Shown here one piece after another: positions 25,861-27,103 of a stretch of DNA of 27,103 nucleotides. A program made the position numbers and the translations under genes. The notes under the pieces were generated by a model. That model was not told the origin of the DNA and made no database searches. It was given only the letters and a program-made list of their open reading frames with translations. Origin of the DNA: a virus. The stretch's first letter is position 1, and each line of letters starts with the position of its first letter. The DNA lies in IMG/VR virus record IMGVR_UViG_3300045988_077674, positions 1-27,103 of that record; one strand, 5' to 3'.

Positions 25861-26130
25861 ATTGCATGAAGGAAAAAGCCAAGTTAGTCAAATGGCTTTC
25901 AAAGAAAAACATATTTATTGACGAATATTTATGTTTGTCAGATTTTCTTGCAAAGAACCTAGCTAGAAATAAAAAAAAGCAGATGTTTAAATCGTAAGAC
26001 TTATGTTTTATTCCACTGATTAGAATGTAGACTAGTAGCATTTTAAAAGTGGTCTTTTTTTATACTCAAAAAGTATGCTCGTAGCATACATGCTACGCAT
26101 AAGGCCCTAACCATCGGTGATAGATTCTGA

Positions 26131-26159
26131 TAAAAGAAAAAGACCTATTCAATAGGCCT
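26131..26159 (-). terminator. rho-independent terminator of the minus-strand accessory gene
   Basis: On the minus strand, AGGCCTATT-G-AATAGGTCT forms 9 bp with one G-U pair, followed by TTTTCTTTTA. The hairpin overlaps the TAA stop. Confidence 0.7.
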
Positions 26160-26725
26160 TAATCTAAATCGACTGCATAGTAGTTTCCAAAGCTACACAT
26201 TTGATAGCATTCACTATCTTCATCGTAATCTTCAAAGTAATATTTTCCATAAAGCTTAACATACTTACCAGTTCCAACTTCAACTTCTGCATATCCGTTT
26301 ACGATTGGATTGTCACCAAGTTTTTCATGAATTTCTTTTTCATTGTATTGAACTTCAAAATTATCTTCATCAAATGCATCGACATAAATCTCACGTGATG
26401 TGTTTAGATCGTCAAATTTTTGCTCAAAATCTTCATATCTTCCAAAGTATCCTTTGAATTTACCAAAATCATCATAATCTTTTAGTTTTTGAATAAATTG
26501 ATTAAAATAACTTTCGTCTGTACTTAATTTAGTTGTGCTATACATATTATTGTTCTCCATAGCTTTCGCTTTTTCAATTGTTTGATTCATTGCTTCTTTA
26601 ATTGCATCTGATTGTTTGATTCCTAAAGCTTTACAAGCTTGTTTAAACTCATCCACAAATTCAGATTTGAATCTTGCATTTACTAATGATGTTTTTTCTT
26701 TATTGTACTTGTCTTGTGGTCTCAT
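26159..26725 (-). CDS. ribbon-helix-helix DNA-binding domain fused to an acidic Tyr/Phe-rich domain of unknown function
   Basis: I chose ATG 26725 after AAGGAGAA (an in-frame ATG 26833 with a GGTGA SD is the alternative). Residues 1-55 (TSLVNARFKSEFVDEFKQACKALGIKQSDAIKEAMNQTIEK) fit strand-helix-Gxxx(S)-helix. Residues ~60-188 are very acidic and I recognise no family. Confidence 0.7.
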   Translation of the reverse strand: MRPQDKYNKEKTSLVNARFKSEFVDEFKQACKALGIKQSDAIKEAMNQTIEKAKAMENNNMYSTTKLSTDESYFNQFIQKLKDYDDFGKFKGYFGRYEDFEQKFDDLNTSREIYVDAFDEDNFEVQYNEKEIHEKLGDNPIVNGYAEVEVGTGKYVKLYGKYYFEDYDEDSECYQMCSFGNYYAVDLD

Positions 26726-26848
26726 GTTTTTTCTCCTTATTTTGTGATTAATAAATAAATGGCAATTAATAATAAAATTATTAGAATAATGTTTAATACG
26801 ATACTTAAAATATCTCTTTTCATATTTTTTCACCTATGATAGAATTGA

Positions 26849-26884
26849 ATCAAGAGTTAAGGACTAAGTCCCTAACATCTTGAT
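26849..26884 (-). promoter_or_regulatory. long imperfect hairpin between the small ORF and the RHH gene
   Basis: ATCAAGAGTTAAGGA / TCCCTAACATCTTGAT gives about 14 bp with one mismatch and one bulge. It encloses the stop codon of the 43-aa ORF. No strong U-run follows on either strand. Confidence 0.4.
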
Positions 26885-26995
26885 TATTGATAATATTAGG
26901 CAGATGATTTCTAATATTATTCTCACTAAATCCAAGTTTTCCTTTAGCGAGCGAAGCTTGGATTTTTTTGTTTTCCTCTTTGCCACTTCTATCAT
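26864..26995 (-). CDS. candidate 43-aa peptide (basic N-terminus, hydrophobic C-terminal helix)
   Basis: AAAGGAG lies 4 nt before ATG 26995. Product: MIEVAKRKTKKSKLRSLKENLDLVRIILEIICLILSIIKMLGT. It is the first ORF downstream of the strong minus-strand promoter. It is below the ORF-track cutoff. Confidence 0.4.
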   Translation of the reverse strand: MIEVAKRKTKKSKLRSLKENLDLVRIILEIICLILSIIKMLGT

Positions 26996-27018
26996 TTAAC
27001 TCCTTTCCTTACAACACT

Positions 27019-27047
27019 ATTATACCATACGTATATACGTATGTAAA
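27019..27047 (-). promoter_or_regulatory. near-consensus sigma-A promoter (TTTACA - 17 bp - TGgTATAAT)
   Basis: Read on the minus strand: TTTACA (27047-27042), a 17-nt spacer, and TATAAT (27024-27019) preceded by TGG, which forms an extended -10. Confidence 0.7.
27026..27043. promoter_or_regulatory. perfect 18-bp palindromic operator CATACGTATATACGTATG
   Basis: The sequence is self-complementary over 18 bp and fills the promoter spacer up to the -35 edge. A related half-site, CATACGTATA, recurs at 27070-27079. Confidence 0.6.
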
Positions 27048-27065
27048 GAATAAATGCAAAAAATA

Positions 27066-27094
27066 TTTACATACGTATAGATTTTTTGTAAGTT
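27066..27094 (+). promoter_or_regulatory. possible divergent promoter (TTTACA - 17 bp - TAAGTT)
   Basis: This is the mirror copy of the -35/operator (the 14-bp inverted repeat of 27034-27047). The -10 is weak, and the window ends before any gene it could drive. Confidence 0.3.
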
Positions 27095-27103
27095 ATGTTT
27101 AAC

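Noticed and set aside
25823-26041. A 72-aa minus-strand ORF in the region after the endolysin.
   Set aside because: It has no SD before its ATG, its Phe/Ile/Lys-rich composition is typical of translated AT-rich spacer, and it spans two hairpins and a promoter-like box. I treated the region as non-coding.
23000-26130. A diversity-generating retroelement (variable repeat at the fibre tip plus a template repeat downstream).
   Set aside because: No second copy of the receptor-binding gene 3' end is visible downstream, and no reverse transcriptase gene is in the window.
26726-26833. A 36-codon N-terminal extension of the RHH gene (the 224-aa form in the ORF track).
   Set aside because: The extension (MKKYEKRYFKYRIKHYSNNFIINCHLFINHKIRRKN) looks like translated AT-rich leader. 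The internal ATG 26725 has a far better SD (AAGGAGAA) and begins exactly at the RHH fold. The longer form cannot be fully excluded, because GGTGA precedes ATG 26833.
1-27103. tRNA genes, CRISPR repeats, transposase or IS ends.
   Set aside because: I saw no cloverleaf-type GTTCGAATC T-arm motifs, no regularly spaced direct repeats, and no transposase-like ORFs in any frame. This was a scan by eye only. tRNAscan-SE and a CRISPR finder should confirm it.

Overview
AT-rich DNA from a cos-type, HK97-like siphovirus or prophage of a low-GC Gram-positive (Bacillota) host. Bases 1-20 are an Illumina adapter remnant, so the window starts at a contig end. About 30 genes run on the + strand in standard order. 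First comes the tail of the early module (dimeric dUTPase, DUF551-like protein, small unknowns, a possible late regulator). Packaging follows: HNH endonuclease, a GC-rich putative cos island, TerS (P27 family) and TerL. The head genes are portal, ClpP-like prohead protease, major capsid, connector, head closure and a gp10-like protein. The tail genes are the major tail protein, G/GT chaperones with a likely -1 frameshift, and the tape measure. The baseplate and fibre genes are a long Dit, a long coiled-coil Tal and three fibre/receptor-binding genes that share a repeated domain. The lysis cassette has a phiLC3-type holin, a membrane coiled-coil protein, a tiny acidic ORF and an Amidase_2 endolysin. 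Four regions are not explained by the standard gene map. (1) A self-contained minus-strand unit at the right end has a near-consensus promoter filled with palindromic operators, a 43-aa basic/hydrophobic peptide ORF, and an RHH-plus-acidic-domain fusion protein. (2) The 5' stub of a tyrosine recombinase gene lies antisense directly after the receptor-binding gene stop. No intact integrase is present anywhere in the window. (3) A promoter, two hairpins and an intrinsic terminator form a leader in front of the late operon. (4) About 500 bp downstream of the endolysin carry no convincing gene but hold several extended -10 boxes and hairpins. I found no tRNA, rRNA, CRISPR array, reverse transcriptase or transposase. 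All functional calls come from reading motifs and gene order by eye, not from database searches.
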